Source: an uncultured Spartobacteria bacterium (GTDB lineage Bacteria; Verrucomicrobiota; Verrucomicrobiia; Chthoniobacterales; UBA6821). From it: DNA of 64,000 nucleotides. Each line of letters opens with the position of its first letter. Within the stretch, counting starts at the first letter, position 1. The notes under the pieces were generated by a model. It was not told the origin of the DNA. It made no database searches and saw only the letters and a list, made by a program, of their open reading frames with translations. The DNA lies in assembly GCA_903913785.1 (NCBI GenBank), contig CAIWMF010000009.1, positions 2,878 to 66,877 on the forward strand, read 5' to 3'. Shown piece after piece: positions 28,848 to 41,720 of the stretch. The position numbers were made by a program, and so were the translations under genes.

Positions 28848-30806
28848 ATGTCTACAAACTCACGCAAAATACTAGGAATTGACTTAGGAACAACGAACTC
28901 CTGCATGTCTGTTATGGAGGGTTCTGAACCTGTAGTCCTTGAAAACTCAGAAGGCGCCCGCACCACTCCCTCTGTAGTTGCTTTTACTAAGAGTGGTGAA
29001 CGTCTCGTCGGGCAAGCAGCGAAACGTCAAGCTATCACGAATGCACAAAACACCATTGCCTCGGTCAAGCGCTTCATGGGAATGAAGTTTGATGAAGTTC
29101 GCGATGAACAAAATCGAGTTCCCTATAAGCTCGTGAAGGCCGCCAATGGCGATGTTCATATTCAAGTCGAAGTAGAAGGTAAACCTAAAACCTTCTCGCC
29201 GCCTGAAATTTCAGCAATGATTCTTGCCAAGCTTAAGGCAGATGCCGAAGCCAAATTAGGTGAGAAAATCACCCAGGCTGTCATCACAGTGCCAGCATAC
29301 TTTAATGACTCGCAACGTCATGCCACCAAGGATGCTGGTAAGATTGCAGGCCTCGAAGTCTTGCGTATCATTAACGAACCAACAGCAGCTTCTTTAGCTT
29401 ACGGTCTAGAAAAAGAAAAGGATGAAAAAATTGCCGTCTACGATCTGGGCGGCGGAACCTTTGACATCTCCACACTCGAACTGGGTGAAGGTGTGTTTGA
29501 AGTGCGTGGGACCAATGGTGACACTCACTTAGGTGGGGATGATTGGGATTACCGAATCATGGATTGGATTATTAAAGAGTTTCAAAATGAAACTTCTATC
29601 GATCTTACCAAGCAACCCGATGCCGTTCAGAGGATCAAAGAAGAATCAGAGAAGGCTAAAATTGCACTTTCCTCCACGCAAGAGTACGAAGTCAATTTGC
29701 CCTTCGTGACGGCAGATGCAACAGGTCCGAAACATATTCAGAAAAAATTAACTCGTTCTAAGTTAGAGCAGCTCACTGATGATTTGTTCCAACGCACCAT
29801 CAAGCCAGTCAAAGATTGTTTAAAAGACGCAGGATGGAACACCGGTGATATTAGCGAGCTGGTCTTAGTAGGAGGAATGACAAGAATGCCAAAAGTCGTT
29901 GACACAGCGCGCTCGCTCATTGGCAAAGAGCCCAATAAAGGGGTTAATCCCGATGAGGTCGTGGCCATAGGTGCTGCGATTCAAGGTGGTGTTCTCCGGG
30001 GAGATGTGAAGGACGTCTTGTTGCTCGACGTCACGCCACTAACCCTCTCTATTGAGACGGCAGGAGGTGTCGCCACAGCGATGATTCCTCGTAACACAAC
30101 CATCCCAACGAAAAAGTCACAAACATTTTCCACCTACAGTGACAACCAACCTGGTGTAGAAATTAAGGTACTGCAAGGGGAGCGACCCCTAGCTCGTGAT
30201 AACAAGCAGCTCGGCGTCTTCCATCTCGATGGTATCCCACCAGCTCCGCGTGGTGTTCCTCAGATTGAAGTCTCCTTTGATATTGACGCCAACGGTATTC
30301 TTCACGTGACGGCCAAGGATATTGGCAGTGGCAAGGAACAGAAGATTTCTATTACTGGTTCCAGTGGCTTAAGCAAAGAAGAAGTAGAACGCATGCAGCG
30401 CGAAGCTGAAACACACGCCGAAGAGGATAAAAAATCCAAAGAAGGTATCGAAATTCGTAACAATGCCGACACCCTTGCCTACCAATGCGAGAAGCAGCTT
30501 GTCGAATTAGGTGACAAGATCGATGGAGCTTCCAAAAAAGAAGTCGAAGAGGATATTGCTGCTGTTCGCGAAGCCCTCAAAGGCTCTGATATTGAGACCA
30601 TCAAATCAGCCTACGATAAGCTACAAACAAAGTTCCAAGAAATTAGCACCGAACTTTATAAAAAAGCTTCCGCTACCCCAGGTGCAGGCGCCTCAACTTC
30701 TGAGACCTCATCTAGTAACACAGACTCTCATGCTCAAGATAAAAAAGAGGGAGATATTGTGGATGCAGAATTTGAAATCATGGATGAGGACAAAAAGAAA
30801 AATTAA
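28848..30806 (+). CDS. dnaK: molecular chaperone DnaK (Hsp70)
   Basis: 652 aa with canonical Hsp70 signatures ([27 protein letters not shown]). Confidence 0.97.
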   Translation: MSTNSRKILGIDLGTTNSCMSVMEGSEPVVLENSEGARTTPSVVAFTKSGERLVGQAAKRQAITNAQNTIASVKRFMGMKFDEVRDEQNRVPYKLVKAANGDVHIQVEVEGKPKTFSPPEISAMILAKLKADAEAKLGEKITQAVITVPAYFNDSQRHATKDAGKIAGLEVLRIINEPTAASLAYGLEKEKDEKIAVYDLGGGTFDISTLELGEGVFEVRGTNGDTHLGGDDWDYRIMDWIIKEFQNETSIDLTKQPDAVQRIKEESEKAKIALSSTQEYEVNLPFVTADATGPKHIQKKLTRSKLEQLTDDLFQRTIKPVKDCLKDAGWNTGDISELVLVGGMTRMPKVVDTARSLIGKEPNKGVNPDEVVAIGAAIQGGVLRGDVKDVLLLDVTPLTLSIETAGGVATAMIPRNTTIPTKKSQTFSTYSDNQPGVEIKVLQGERPLARDNKQLGVFHLDGIPPAPRGVPQIEVSFDIDANGILHVTAKDIGSGKEQKISITGSSGLSKEEVERMQREAETHAEEDKKSKEGIEIRNNADTLAYQCEKQLVELGDKIDGASKKEVEEDIAAVREALKGSDIETIKSAYDKLQTKFQEISTELYKKASATPGAGASTSETSSSNTDSHAQDKKEGDIVDAEFEIMDEDKKKN

Positions 30807-30889
30807 CAATTCATCATCTCTAAAAAATTTAATCAGCCGTAGTACGGCGATCATCAACCAACCAAAATAAACACGGAGGAAATAAACAC

Positions 30890-31183
30890 ATGGCAGTAAA
30901 TATACAACCCCTCGGCGATCGCGTTTTAGTACAACCGATCGATGAGAAAGAAGTAAAAAAAGGCGGTATCATTATCCCTGATACGGCTAAGGAAAAGCCA
31001 CAGGAAGCAAAAGTTATCGCTTTAGGAACAGGCAAGCATGATGACGAAGGTAAAATCATTCCCTTCACCGTAAAAAAAGGAGATGTCGTCCTCATTTCCA
31101 AATATGGTGGGACCGAAGTCAAACTTGACGGAGAATCCTATTTGATCATGCGTGAAGATGATATCTTAGGTATCATTGGTTAA
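30890..31183 (+). CDS. groES: co-chaperonin GroES
   Basis: 97 aa ([12 protein letters not shown]...), with a GGAGG ribosome-binding site upstream, immediately before groEL. Confidence 0.95.
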   Translation: MAVNIQPLGDRVLVQPIDEKEVKKGGIIIPDTAKEKPQEAKVIALGTGKHDDEGKIIPFTVKKGDVVLISKYGGTEVKLDGESYLIMREDDILGIIG

Positions 31184-31208
31184 TCCTGCTCAAACAACGA
31201 AACAATAA

Positions 31209-32885
<1,677 letters not shown>

Positions 32886-32916
32886 AAATCCTAACACATC
32901 ACATCCCTTATTTAAC

Positions 32917-32953
32917 AAAGAGCCACGTCGAAAGGCGTGGCTCTTTTTATTTT
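32917..32953 (+). terminator. rho-independent terminator after groEL
   Basis: AAAGAGCCACG (stem), TCGAAAGG (loop), CGTGGCTCTTT (stem), running into a T-rich tract (TTTTTATTTT). Confidence 0.7.
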
Positions 32954-32984
32954 CTGACGAACTCAATTTTCTGTTTCAATTGTC

Positions 32985-33431
32985 ATGAACGTTTTGAGCC
33001 CGGATATCAATATGCTCCCTGTTATGAACGATACAACCCAAGATCCTTTAGAAAAAATCCCCCTTCAGCTCTTATCCAAACCCCTTGGGCCTTATTCTCC
33101 CGCCGTGCGATCAGGGAATCTGCTCTATCTTTCTGGTCAGATTGGCATCAATCCAGAGACCATGATACTTGAGGAGGGGATGAGTGCACAGGCGCATCGT
33201 GCTTTTCAAAACATGGCAGCCGTTATGAAGGCTTATGGAGGCACCGCCACAAATATTCGGCTTATTAAGCTCATACTCTACCTCACAGACATGGAGTCTT
33301 TTTCTCTCATCAATGAAATCATGGCGCACTACATTGGAGAGCCCTATCCCGCTCGGAGTACTATTGGGGTACAGGCACTGCCTCAACGGGCACTCGTAGA
33401 GATTGAGGCTATTGCTGAACTTACTCCTTAA
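32985..33431 (+). CDS. ridA: RidA/YjgF family reactive-intermediate deaminase
   Basis: 148-aa ORF (YSPAVRSGNLLYLSGQIG, ARSTIGVQALP). The true start may be an internal ATG, for example near 33024. Confidence 0.85.
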   Translation: MNVLSPDINMLPVMNDTTQDPLEKIPLQLLSKPLGPYSPAVRSGNLLYLSGQIGINPETMILEEGMSAQAHRAFQNMAAVMKAYGGTATNIRLIKLILYLTDMESFSLINEIMAHYIGEPYPARSTIGVQALPQRALVEIEAIAELTP

Positions 33432-33459
33432 CGAACGTCTCCTTAACGAACATCTCCCT

Positions 33460-34620
<1,161 letters not shown>

Positions 34621-35913
34621 TTAGAGAGAAGTAGTAGTGTCCTCTGAGAGCTTCCACTGGGTCTCTCCAGCAACAATGGTGTGGACGGCACGTCCCTGGA
34701 ACTCGTGACCATGAAAGGGGGTGTTACGGGAAAGTGAGGCAGAGGCTTCTCGGTCGTATGTCCAGAGGTGATTGGGATCTATCAAGGTGATATCGGCAAC
34801 AGCTCCTAAGGAGAGGGTTCCTCGGTCTAGCTTTAGTAACCTTGCTGGGTTGATCGTGAGCATAGCGATGAGTTGAGAGAGCGAAAGAATCTTTTTTTTG
34901 TGAATGAGTGTTGTCAAAAAAACCGCTACTTCTGTCTCCAGACCCAACATGCCAAAAGGCGCCCGCTCGATGGGAAGCGCTTTTTCTTGGGGTGCATGAG
35001 GAGCATGGTCGCTTGCTAGGATCGTGATGGTCCCATCAGCAATACCGGCGATGATCGCCTCAATATCCTCTTGCGTGCGCAGTGGGGGATTGACCTTAAA
35101 ATTGGTATCCCTGGTGTTAAGATGCTCATCAGTAAGAGTGATATGATGTGGTGAGACCTCTCCGCTAATAGGGATACCACGAGCACGTGCTTCTCGCAGC
35201 AGATGGATGCTTTTCATGGAGCTAATATGCTGGCAGTGAATCGGGTGATTCATTTCCTCAGCGAGTAAGGTATTACGCGCAACAATCATCTCTTCGGCAA
35301 TCCGCGGCCATCCAGGAAGATCAAGATAACGACTCCATGCCCCTTCGTGCATGATGCTTCGAGTCGTCAGCGTCGCTTCCTGACAATGATCCATAATGGG
35401 AATACCCAGATCGCGCGCATGGAGCACCGCCTCACGCATAAGGCTTAAGTCTTGAACACAGTGACCATCATCGCTAAAGGCCACCGCTCCGCCAGCCGCC
35501 AGTTCGCTGAGAGGAGCAAGTGCTTTGCCCTCCAAACCCAGAGTTAATGCTCCTGCACAAAAGACATTAATGAGGGCTGTTGAGGCGATTTTGTCTTGAA
35601 CCCATGCAAGCGTTTCAGGGCTATCGATGGGAGGCGTGGTATTGGGCATGCAGACCACCGTTGTAAAACCACCTGCGGCGGCTGCCTGGGTGCCTGTAGC
35701 AATGGTTTCTTTGTGCGACTGACCTGGCTCGCGTAGATGGACATGAAGATCAATGAGCCCAGGCGAGACAATCAAACCCGTCGCATCAATCACCGTGGCA
35801 TCCCGACCGGGTGTGGCCACGATCACGCCATCACTCACAAAGAGATCACGAATTTCATGAATGTCATTGGCAGGATCGATCACGCGACCTCCCTTGATAT
35901 GTAGGTGCTTCAT
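34621..35913 (-). CDS. pyrC: dihydroorotase
   Basis: 430-aa amidohydrolase with a DLHVHLREPG metal motif; long-form dihydroorotase. Confidence 0.88.
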   Translation of the reverse strand: MKHLHIKGGRVIDPANDIHEIRDLFVSDGVIVATPGRDATVIDATGLIVSPGLIDLHVHLREPGQSHKETIATGTQAAAAGGFTTVVCMPNTTPPIDSPETLAWVQDKIASTALINVFCAGALTLGLEGKALAPLSELAAGGAVAFSDDGHCVQDLSLMREAVLHARDLGIPIMDHCQEATLTTRSIMHEGAWSRYLDLPGWPRIAEEMIVARNTLLAEEMNHPIHCQHISSMKSIHLLREARARGIPISGEVSPHHITLTDEHLNTRDTNFKVNPPLRTQEDIEAIIAGIADGTITILASDHAPHAPQEKALPIERAPFGMLGLETEVAVFLTTLIHKKKILSLSQLIAMLTINPARLLKLDRGTLSLGAVADITLIDPNHLWTYDREASASLSRNTPFHGHEFQGRAVHTIVAGETQWKLSEDTTTSL

Positions 35914-36008
35914 TTTAAAAAATTATTTGGTTAATATATTGCTCTGCTTGTTGCTTTTGATGGCTACCTGTAGAGGTCAAAAAGCTCTATGCCCGAGATT
36001 CCTGCGTT

Positions 36009-36197
36009 TTAACCCGGATATTTCATACTCATCTACTGCGGAGACCGGGAAGCTAGGGTGGATGCTGCGCTCAAGCTCGAAGTCTTCCTCGGGCGGTATG
36101 TACACATACAGCCCGGCATCACAATCCTTCGCCCGCCTTGTACTAACAAGCTTTGCACAGCGTCTCATTACGATTCAGTATGAAATATCCGGGTTAA
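36009..36197. mobile_element. MITE-like repeat copy D (full length, both termini)
   Basis: 189 bp. TTAACCCGGATATTTCATAC at 36009 and GTATGAAATATCCGGGTTAA ending at 36197 are exact reverse complements, with TTAA on both sides. The interior shares blocks with copies A, C and G. Confidence 0.85.
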
Positions 36198-36440
36198 TGA
36201 CCATGAGAATAGCATATGATGAAAAATCCATGCGACTCCTGACATCATATTTCTTGCATCATGCTACTTCTAGTGGACATTGCTCGATTGCTCGGGGAGA
36301 GAGAGTTGTTCCCCTTCCCTCGCTTTGTTGTGTTGCGCCATACGCACGACAAGCGAGAACCGAGCATATTGACGCTGTCTCCTGGATCCTGGCCTTCACC
36401 AGGAGGAATCGGCTGCATAGCATATCAAAGCATCCATGAA

Positions 36441-36483
36441 AGGAACCCCATGGTCTTGGGCCAATGAGGTCTCCTGTTTTTTT
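36441..36483 (+). terminator. candidate rho-independent terminator (plus strand) in the pyrC-nrdB spacer
   Basis: AGGAACC pairs with GGTCTCCT (one bulge) around a 20-nt loop and is followed by seven Ts at 36477-36483. No annotated plus-strand gene ends here. Confidence 0.35.
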
Positions 36484-36509
36484 GTTACACGGACTTTCCC
36501 TTGTTGCTC

Positions 36510-37571
36510 TTACCATTCGAGAGATGCTGCTTTTTGATACTCGGTGACTTTACGTTCAAAGAAATTTTGTTCTTTAGAAAGGTCTGTCACCTCACTCATC
36601 CAGGGGAAGGGATTTTTGCTTCCATACTCTAGAGGCATATTCAGACGGTCGAAGCGACGATCTGCGATATATTGGACATAGTCACGGAAGAGTGTGGCAT
36701 TGAGACCGAGGATACCACGTGGCATGCAATCCTCTGCGTAGGCGACTTCGAGTTCGACGGCTTTCTTGATCATCTCACGCACTTCTTGTTCTAGCTGAGG
36801 GGTCCATGCCTCAGGATTCTCACTACGGATGCCATTGATAAGATCAATGCCAAAGTTCAGATGAATCGATTCATCACGCATGATGTATTCAAACTGCTGG
36901 CCTACGCCGATCATCTTGTTCTGACGCTTGAAGCTTAGTAGCATCACAAAACCACTATAGAAAAAGACCCCCTCCATGATGACATAAAATCCAACGAGAT
37001 TTTTTAAGAACGTCTGCAATCCCTCCGTGGTCTCGGTAGAGAACCCTTCTTCCATGATCGCTGAGGTGAGGGTCATTTCAAAAGCATCCTTATCATGGAT
37101 GGAATTGACCTCATGATACATATTGAAAACCTCGCGTTGGTCGAGCGAGAGGCTTTCTACGATGTACTGGAAGGTATGCGTGTGGATTGCCTCTTCAAAA
37201 GCCTGGCGCAGGAGGTACTGCCTGGCCTCTGGATTGGTAATGTGCTTGAAGATGGCCAAGACAATATTATTGCCCACGAGACTCTCTGCCGTGCTAAAAA
37301 ACCCGAGATTACGCATGATCACATGACGCTCTTGCGTGGTGAGGCGATTGGATTTCCAAAGCTCAATATCACTCTGCATCGGGACCTCATTAGGCATCCA
37401 ATGATTGGCACATCCTTTGATATAATATTCCCAAGCCCATTGGTACTTGAGCGGCATGAGTTGATTCACATCAACTTGTTTGCAATTGACAAGACGCTTT
37501 TCCTCCGGGTTAATTCTTTTAGAAAGATCATGGAGGTCGGGGCGGGTGGTAGAGGCGTTACAACAAGACAT
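36510..37571 (-). CDS. nrdB: ribonucleotide reductase small subunit, class Ic (R2c-type, Phe at the radical-Tyr position)
   Basis: The track ORF extends to 37688; ATG at 37571 (MSCCNAST...) is the likelier start. Ferritin-like R2 with [12 protein letters not shown] and [13 protein letters not shown]. By recollection it strongly resembles the Chlamydia trachomatis R2. Confidence 0.9.
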   Translation of the reverse strand: MSCCNASTTRPDLHDLSKRINPEEKRLVNCKQVDVNQLMPLKYQWAWEYYIKGCANHWMPNEVPMQSDIELWKSNRLTTQERHVIMRNLGFFSTAESLVGNNIVLAIFKHITNPEARQYLLRQAFEEAIHTHTFQYIVESLSLDQREVFNMYHEVNSIHDKDAFEMTLTSAIMEEGFSTETTEGLQTFLKNLVGFYVIMEGVFFYSGFVMLLSFKRQNKMIGVGQQFEYIMRDESIHLNFGIDLINGIRSENPEAWTPQLEQEVREMIKKAVELEVAYAEDCMPRGILGLNATLFRDYVQYIADRRFDRLNMPLEYGSKNPFPWMSEVTDLSKEQNFFERKVTEYQKAASLEW

Positions 37572-37700
37572 AGTAGTAAAGTGGGTTGTTTTTGTGATGG
37601 AAAACACACTATATAGTAAACTCAACGCATCTGCAAATTTTTTTTGCATTCTTTTTTTGGGGGGCACCCCCAATGCATGTCGTCCCATGAGAAGGGAGTC

Positions 37701-37767
37701 TAGCCCGCATATTTCATATTGGTTCGTCGCAAGCCGCAGCAGAATCGGTATGAAATATTCGGGTTAA
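37701..37767. mobile_element. mini MITE-family copy E (67 bp, both termini)
   Basis: TAGCCCGCATATTTCATAT ... GGTATGAAATATTCGGGTTAA. The termini are inverted at about 16 of 19 positions, with only about 28 nt between them. Confidence 0.75.
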
Positions 37768-37921
37768 GCTTGACAGAGAAAATAGGAGCGGAGAGTATTT
37801 TTTTGGTCTGTTTCTTAAACCACAGAACGCAAACAAAACCAACTTTAAACCAACTTGGAGCAGCCCCAAAACCATGATGTCTCCTCATCATTTGCCAGCT
37901 ATAGAAGCGATCCTAGTCTTG

Positions 37922-38060
37922 TTAACCAGGATATTTCATACGGATCGTGACGAGGCGGCCGCGAATACTAATAGGGTAGCACCAGTGCTCCCTCTACTCG
38001 AGTACCTCAGGTACACTCCATTGCTGCGAGCTCTTAATTTCTTGTTTTTCATCAGCTTTA
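37922..38060. repeat. MITE-family copy F (one terminus plus interior shared with 41721-41824)
   Basis: TTAACCAGGATATTTCATACGGATCGTGACGAGGCGGCC..., ending ...TTCTTGTTTTTCATCAGCTTTA just before the giant ORF. The 3' 69 nt align to 41756-41824 at 50 of 69 positions. Confidence 0.7.
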
Positions 38061-38085
38061 AGCGACTTTGCAAACAGGTTCTAAG

Positions 38086-41000
38086 ATGACAAAGACACTT
38101 CTGCTCTTTCTCTTTTTCTTGGTGGTGTCTGCCTTTGAGCTGATGGGGCAGTATAGTAACAACGGAAATATCTATGTAGGATACTATGTTTCTGGTTCGA
38201 ATGCATCTGTTTCGCCTCCCGGTTATAGTGATCCTTACTGTACTAATTTTTTCGTTGGATATGGCGGTAGTTATTCAAATAACTCTGTAACCTTTCTCTG
38301 CAATCAGTACTCAGATTTTTATATAACCAATTTGTATGTTAATTATCAAGGGTCAAGCAACAGTGCGTTTTTTACTGTCTCAAATTATTGGGATAGTTTC
38401 TACATCTTGTCCAATTGTTATCTTGGGTATCAACCTGGTACATCTAATGGTTATATTCAAAACAATACAGCGTTTATTTCTGGAAATCCTAACTCTGCTA
38501 GCTATTGTACTAATTTTATTGGTTATCAGGGTTCTAGTAATACTTTTGAAATAACTGCTGACGGAATTACTACTTTTACATACACAATTATTGGCGGAAC
38601 AAATACAAATGATTTTAGTAATGTAGCATCTAATAATACATTTTATATAAATAATAATAATAGTGTAGGTTATAATTCTTCAAATAAAGATTGTGGTATG
38701 TTCATACTTTCCTCAGGCAATCAATTCTTAATGGACGGCGCTGGTACCAGCTACCCCGTATATAATTTTGATACAGGTAATGATGTTCCTTCAGGGTATC
38801 CAGGTGATTTTCATATATATGGGTATAGTAATAGGGTGATACTCTCTAATTCCAGTGTACAATGGGACAGTACCATGTATATAGGTGGTTCAAACTATGG
38901 AACAAATTACCCATCTTTTTCAAATAATATTATTACTATTACTAGTAATTCTGCATGGATCAATTATGGTAATGCTGCGAATGGCGATAATATCGTCGCT
39001 TCCTCAGGAAATCAAATTATTATATCGAATGGTAGTTATATGAGTAACTATAATAATTTTTATCTAGGTCTTTATGGCTCTAGTAATAGCATGACCTTGG
39101 CTAGTAATTCTAGCTTTGTACTTCAAGGTACTGAGTATTCATATACTGTTTCTATGTATGTTGGTAACAGTGCTGGGACCATAAGTAATAATATCTATAT
39201 ATATGATACTTCTTACTTATATCTGCCGGGTGGAAATATCTATTTATTTGTGGGGAATACTAATGGTGCTAGTGGAAATATTTATATTTCTAATAATAGT
39301 GGTACTGGTTCTAATCTTAATATCGATGGCAATACTTACATCTATAATGGAACGCTCTCTCTTCATGGTACTAATGCTTGCTTAACTTATAATTCTAATT
39401 ATCAGAATGTAGGAAATATTTATCTTTATAATGGCACTCTCTATTGTGGTGAAAATCCCTCTGCATTTACTCAGGTGGAAAATATTGGTTTAGGAAATAA
39501 TAATGGTACTAATGCTACCAATACAAATACTAATGCCAGTCTTTATCTTTCGACGAATGGAGTGACCTCCATGTATTTTACGTTTCTCCAATTTTGGAAC
39601 AATGTGAATATTTATAATATTAATCCCAACAATTCGCAGCAAATTATTAATGTATCTGTCACTTTATTTGACAGCAGCACAGTTGCGACCATAGGTAATA
39701 TTAGTTTTATTTCTAATGTATCTTTGGATAATAATATCGATCCTATTATTAATTTTGGAAGTTCTTCGGGATTTAGTAATGATTTTACCTCTAACTTTAC
39801 TTTTTCTGTGACAGGGGCCACAGTCGGTCAGTCCAGTAATGCTTCCACGGGAAGTAACTATCTCTACTTTTGGATTCAGACCAATGCAAATATCACGGTG
39901 GCTCAAAGCATTAATGAAACAAATGCTTTCAATGTCAATTCTTTAACCTATACAGCAGGAACATTTACAGTCTCTACTCCTTACGTTGGTATCAATATGC
40001 TCAATATGATTTCTAATAGTTCCTTGGTATTAACCGATGAGTCTTTGACTGTTTCTAAATCTTTGAGTTGTCTCATGTCCACTCTTAATACAAATACTAA
40101 TTTATTGATTGGACCAGGCATAACACTCTCAACTCCTAATACATCTATCGGTGCTGTTACGGATGCTGATTGCAAGCTTCTGAATGAAGGCATCTGGGAT
40201 AATAGTTCTAATTTTTTTCTTGGATATGGATCCGGTGGTAATACCGTGCTAGATTTGCAGAATGGTGGCGTCTTGAGCAATGCTGGTATGACAGTCATTG
40301 GCAGCAACGGTAATAATGCACTGAATATTGTCGATAATAATAGTATCTGTTATGCTAGTAATTTGATCATGGAATCTGCTTATATAGGTAATAGTAATAT
40401 TGTGAATGTCAATGGAGGCCGTCTCTATGTGACAAATAATAGTGTCGTTAATACTAATCCTGCCTTAAACTATTCATTGATTGTGGGGTATGTCGGCTCT
40501 CATGATTACCTCAATATTTCGAATGGAGGTTATGTCACCAATTCGTTAGGGGTTATTGGTTACTCAACGAACTCTTCCAATAATTACGCTTGTGTTACAG
40601 GGGCTGGTTCCCAATGGATCAATACGAATGGATTCTATGTAGGCTTTATGGGAGGAAAAAATAATCTCCTTATTAGCAATGGAGGTTCTGTGTATGTCAA
40701 TGGATTTCAATCCTTCGTAGGGCTTGCTTCTTCGAGTAATACGGTTACGATTACAGGGAGAAATTCCCTCTTCTCTAATTATGGGTTACTCAATATTGGC
40801 TATCATGGTAGTTATAATAAAATCATGATATCTAATGCAGGAACGCTCATCGATAATAATATGCAATCATCCCCAGATGATAGTTATGCTGCGATGATAG
40901 GAGCTTATTCTAATAATAATTCAGTAACTATTGGAACTAATGGCTTGTGGACGAATAATGGTAATCTTTTTATTGGTTGCTATGGATCCTCCAACAGTGT

Positions 41001-41673
41001 TACTAATAATGGAGGGACGCTTGATGCCAGTGGTGTTTATATTGGTTTTAATAGTGGCAATCATAATAGTCTTGTCATCAATAGTGGCACCGTTAATACG
41101 GATGTTTTACAGGTTGGGAATGGTGGTAGCAATTATTCTTCTTTGATGCTTGCCTCTTCAAACGCATATTTCAATCTTGCTAATAGTTCATCTTTATATC
41201 TGTACGGTACGATTTCTAATGCTGGAACGATCACAATAAGTAATACAGCAAGCGGTGCCGTAACTAATCAGACTATTGGCTCTATATATAATACTGGTAC
41301 GATGACTATTAATGCTAATTTGATCAATTATGGGTATATTTCTAATGGCGGGACCATTACAGCTTCTGCTTTTTCTAACTATGGTACTCTTGTAGGAAAT
41401 CCAGTCAATGCCTCTGTTACCTATAATGATACTCCCACGTTACAGAGTTCTGGTATGATGATGGGTGATCATCTTGTCGAGATGCCTCATATGATTCCTC
41501 TGGAGCAGAATGATGAAATATCCATCAATGAAGAGAATGCTGCGTATTTTGTAAAAGAGGCATTACAATTGGCCTCCAGCTTAGTGTATGCTCAAAAACC
41601 TCCACCTCCAAGCAAACCCTCTCATAAAAAGGCTTTTCATCACAAGAAAGTAGGCAAGAAAGTCTATTCTTAA
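38086..41673 (+). CDS. giant Asn/Ser/Gly/Tyr-rich secreted repeat protein (T5SS/PEP-CTERM-associated-repeat-like beta-helix)
   Basis: Track ORF from TTG 38068; ATG at 38086 gives the signal peptide MTKTLLLFLFFLVVSAFELMGQ. It has many degenerate modules such as LIVGYVGSHDYLNISNGGYV ... ACVTGAGSQWINTNGFYVGFMGGKNNLLISNGGSV. I saw no C-terminal beta-barrel, PEP-CTERM or LPXTG motif. Confidence 0.75.
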   Translation: MTKTLLLFLFFLVVSAFELMGQYSNNGNIYVGYYVSGSNASVSPPGYSDPYCTNFFVGYGGSYSNNSVTFLCNQYSDFYITNLYVNYQGSSNSAFFTVSNYWDSFYILSNCYLGYQPGTSNGYIQNNTAFISGNPNSASYCTNFIGYQGSSNTFEITADGITTFTYTIIGGTNTNDFSNVASNNTFYINNNNSVGYNSSNKDCGMFILSSGNQFLMDGAGTSYPVYNFDTGNDVPSGYPGDFHIYGYSNRVILSNSSVQWDSTMYIGGSNYGTNYPSFSNNIITITSNSAWINYGNAANGDNIVASSGNQIIISNGSYMSNYNNFYLGLYGSSNSMTLASNSSFVLQGTEYSYTVSMYVGNSAGTISNNIYIYDTSYLYLPGGNIYLFVGNTNGASGNIYISNNSGTGSNLNIDGNTYIYNGTLSLHGTNACLTYNSNYQNVGNIYLYNGTLYCGENPSAFTQVENIGLGNNNGTNATNTNTNASLYLSTNGVTSMYFTFLQFWNNVNIYNINPNNSQQIINVSVTLFDSSTVATIGNISFISNVSLDNNIDPIINFGSSSGFSNDFTSNFTFSVTGATVGQSSNASTGSNYLYFWIQTNANITVAQSINETNAFNVNSLTYTAGTFTVSTPYVGINMLNMISNSSLVLTDESLTVSKSLSCLMSTLNTNTNLLIGPGITLSTPNTSIGAVTDADCKLLNEGIWDNSSNFFLGYGSGGNTVLDLQNGGVLSNAGMTVIGSNGNNALNIVDNNSICYASNLIMESAYIGNSNIVNVNGGRLYVTNNSVVNTNPALNYSLIVGYVGSHDYLNISNGGYVTNSLGVIGYSTNSSNNYACVTGAGSQWINTNGFYVGFMGGKNNLLISNGGSVYVNGFQSFVGLASSSNTVTITGRNSLFSNYGLLNIGYHGSYNKIMISNAGTLIDNNMQSSPDDSYAAMIGAYSNNNSVTIGTNGLWTNNGNLFIGCYGSSNSVTNNGGTLDASGVYIGFNSGNHNSLVINSGTVNTDVLQVGNGGSNYSSLMLASSNAYFNLANSSSLYLYGTISNAGTITISNTASGAVTNQTIGSIYNTGTMTINANLINYGYISNGGTITASAFSNYGTLVGNPVNASVTYNDTPTLQSSGMMMGDHLVEMPHMIPLEQNDEISINEENAAYFVKEALQLASSLVYAQKPPPPSKPSHKKAFHHKKVGKKVYS

Positions 41674-41720
41674 CTCCTGTGACTCCCTCGAGTCATCTCT
41701 GAGAACCTGTTTTCAGAGTC

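Noticed and set aside
28729-30889. I searched upstream of dnaK, groES and clpB for a CIRCE operator (TTAGCACTC-N9-GAGTGCTAA) and for sigma-32-type promoters. I also noted the dnaK-groES-groEL adjacency without grpE, dnaJ or hrcA.
   Set aside because: No CIRCE-like inverted repeat and no convincing CTTGAAA...CCCCAT pair was visible. A perfect TATAAT at 28773-28778 has no good -35 partner at 17 nt. The gene adjacency alone is not remarkable enough to report.
35861-36439. The 192-aa plus-strand ORF, and other track ORFs that run through repeat copies: 4735..4926, 4808..5086, 16811..17035, 17032..17247, 35977..36168, 37874..38089 and 41670..41894.
   Set aside because: Their open frames are supplied by the stop-poor GC-rich repeat elements. 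The same peptide fragments (for example RIFH.DRDE) recur wherever a copy is read in that frame. This indicates repeat-derived pseudo-ORFs rather than genes.
36485-36509. GGGAAAGTCCG on the minus strand, reminiscent of the RNase P RNA conserved GAGGAAAGUCCGGGC block.
   Set aside because: The reverse complement of 36198-36509 lacks the other universal RNase P blocks (for example ACAGAA.CCGGCUUA), and the motif sits directly after the nrdB stop. I treat it as chance.
41505-41525. GATGAAATATCC inside the giant gene, partially matching the repeat terminus ATGAAATATCCGGG.
   Set aside because: Only about 12 nt match, the CCGGG(TTAA) continuation is absent, and the match is in an AT-rich coding context. 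It is most likely chance.
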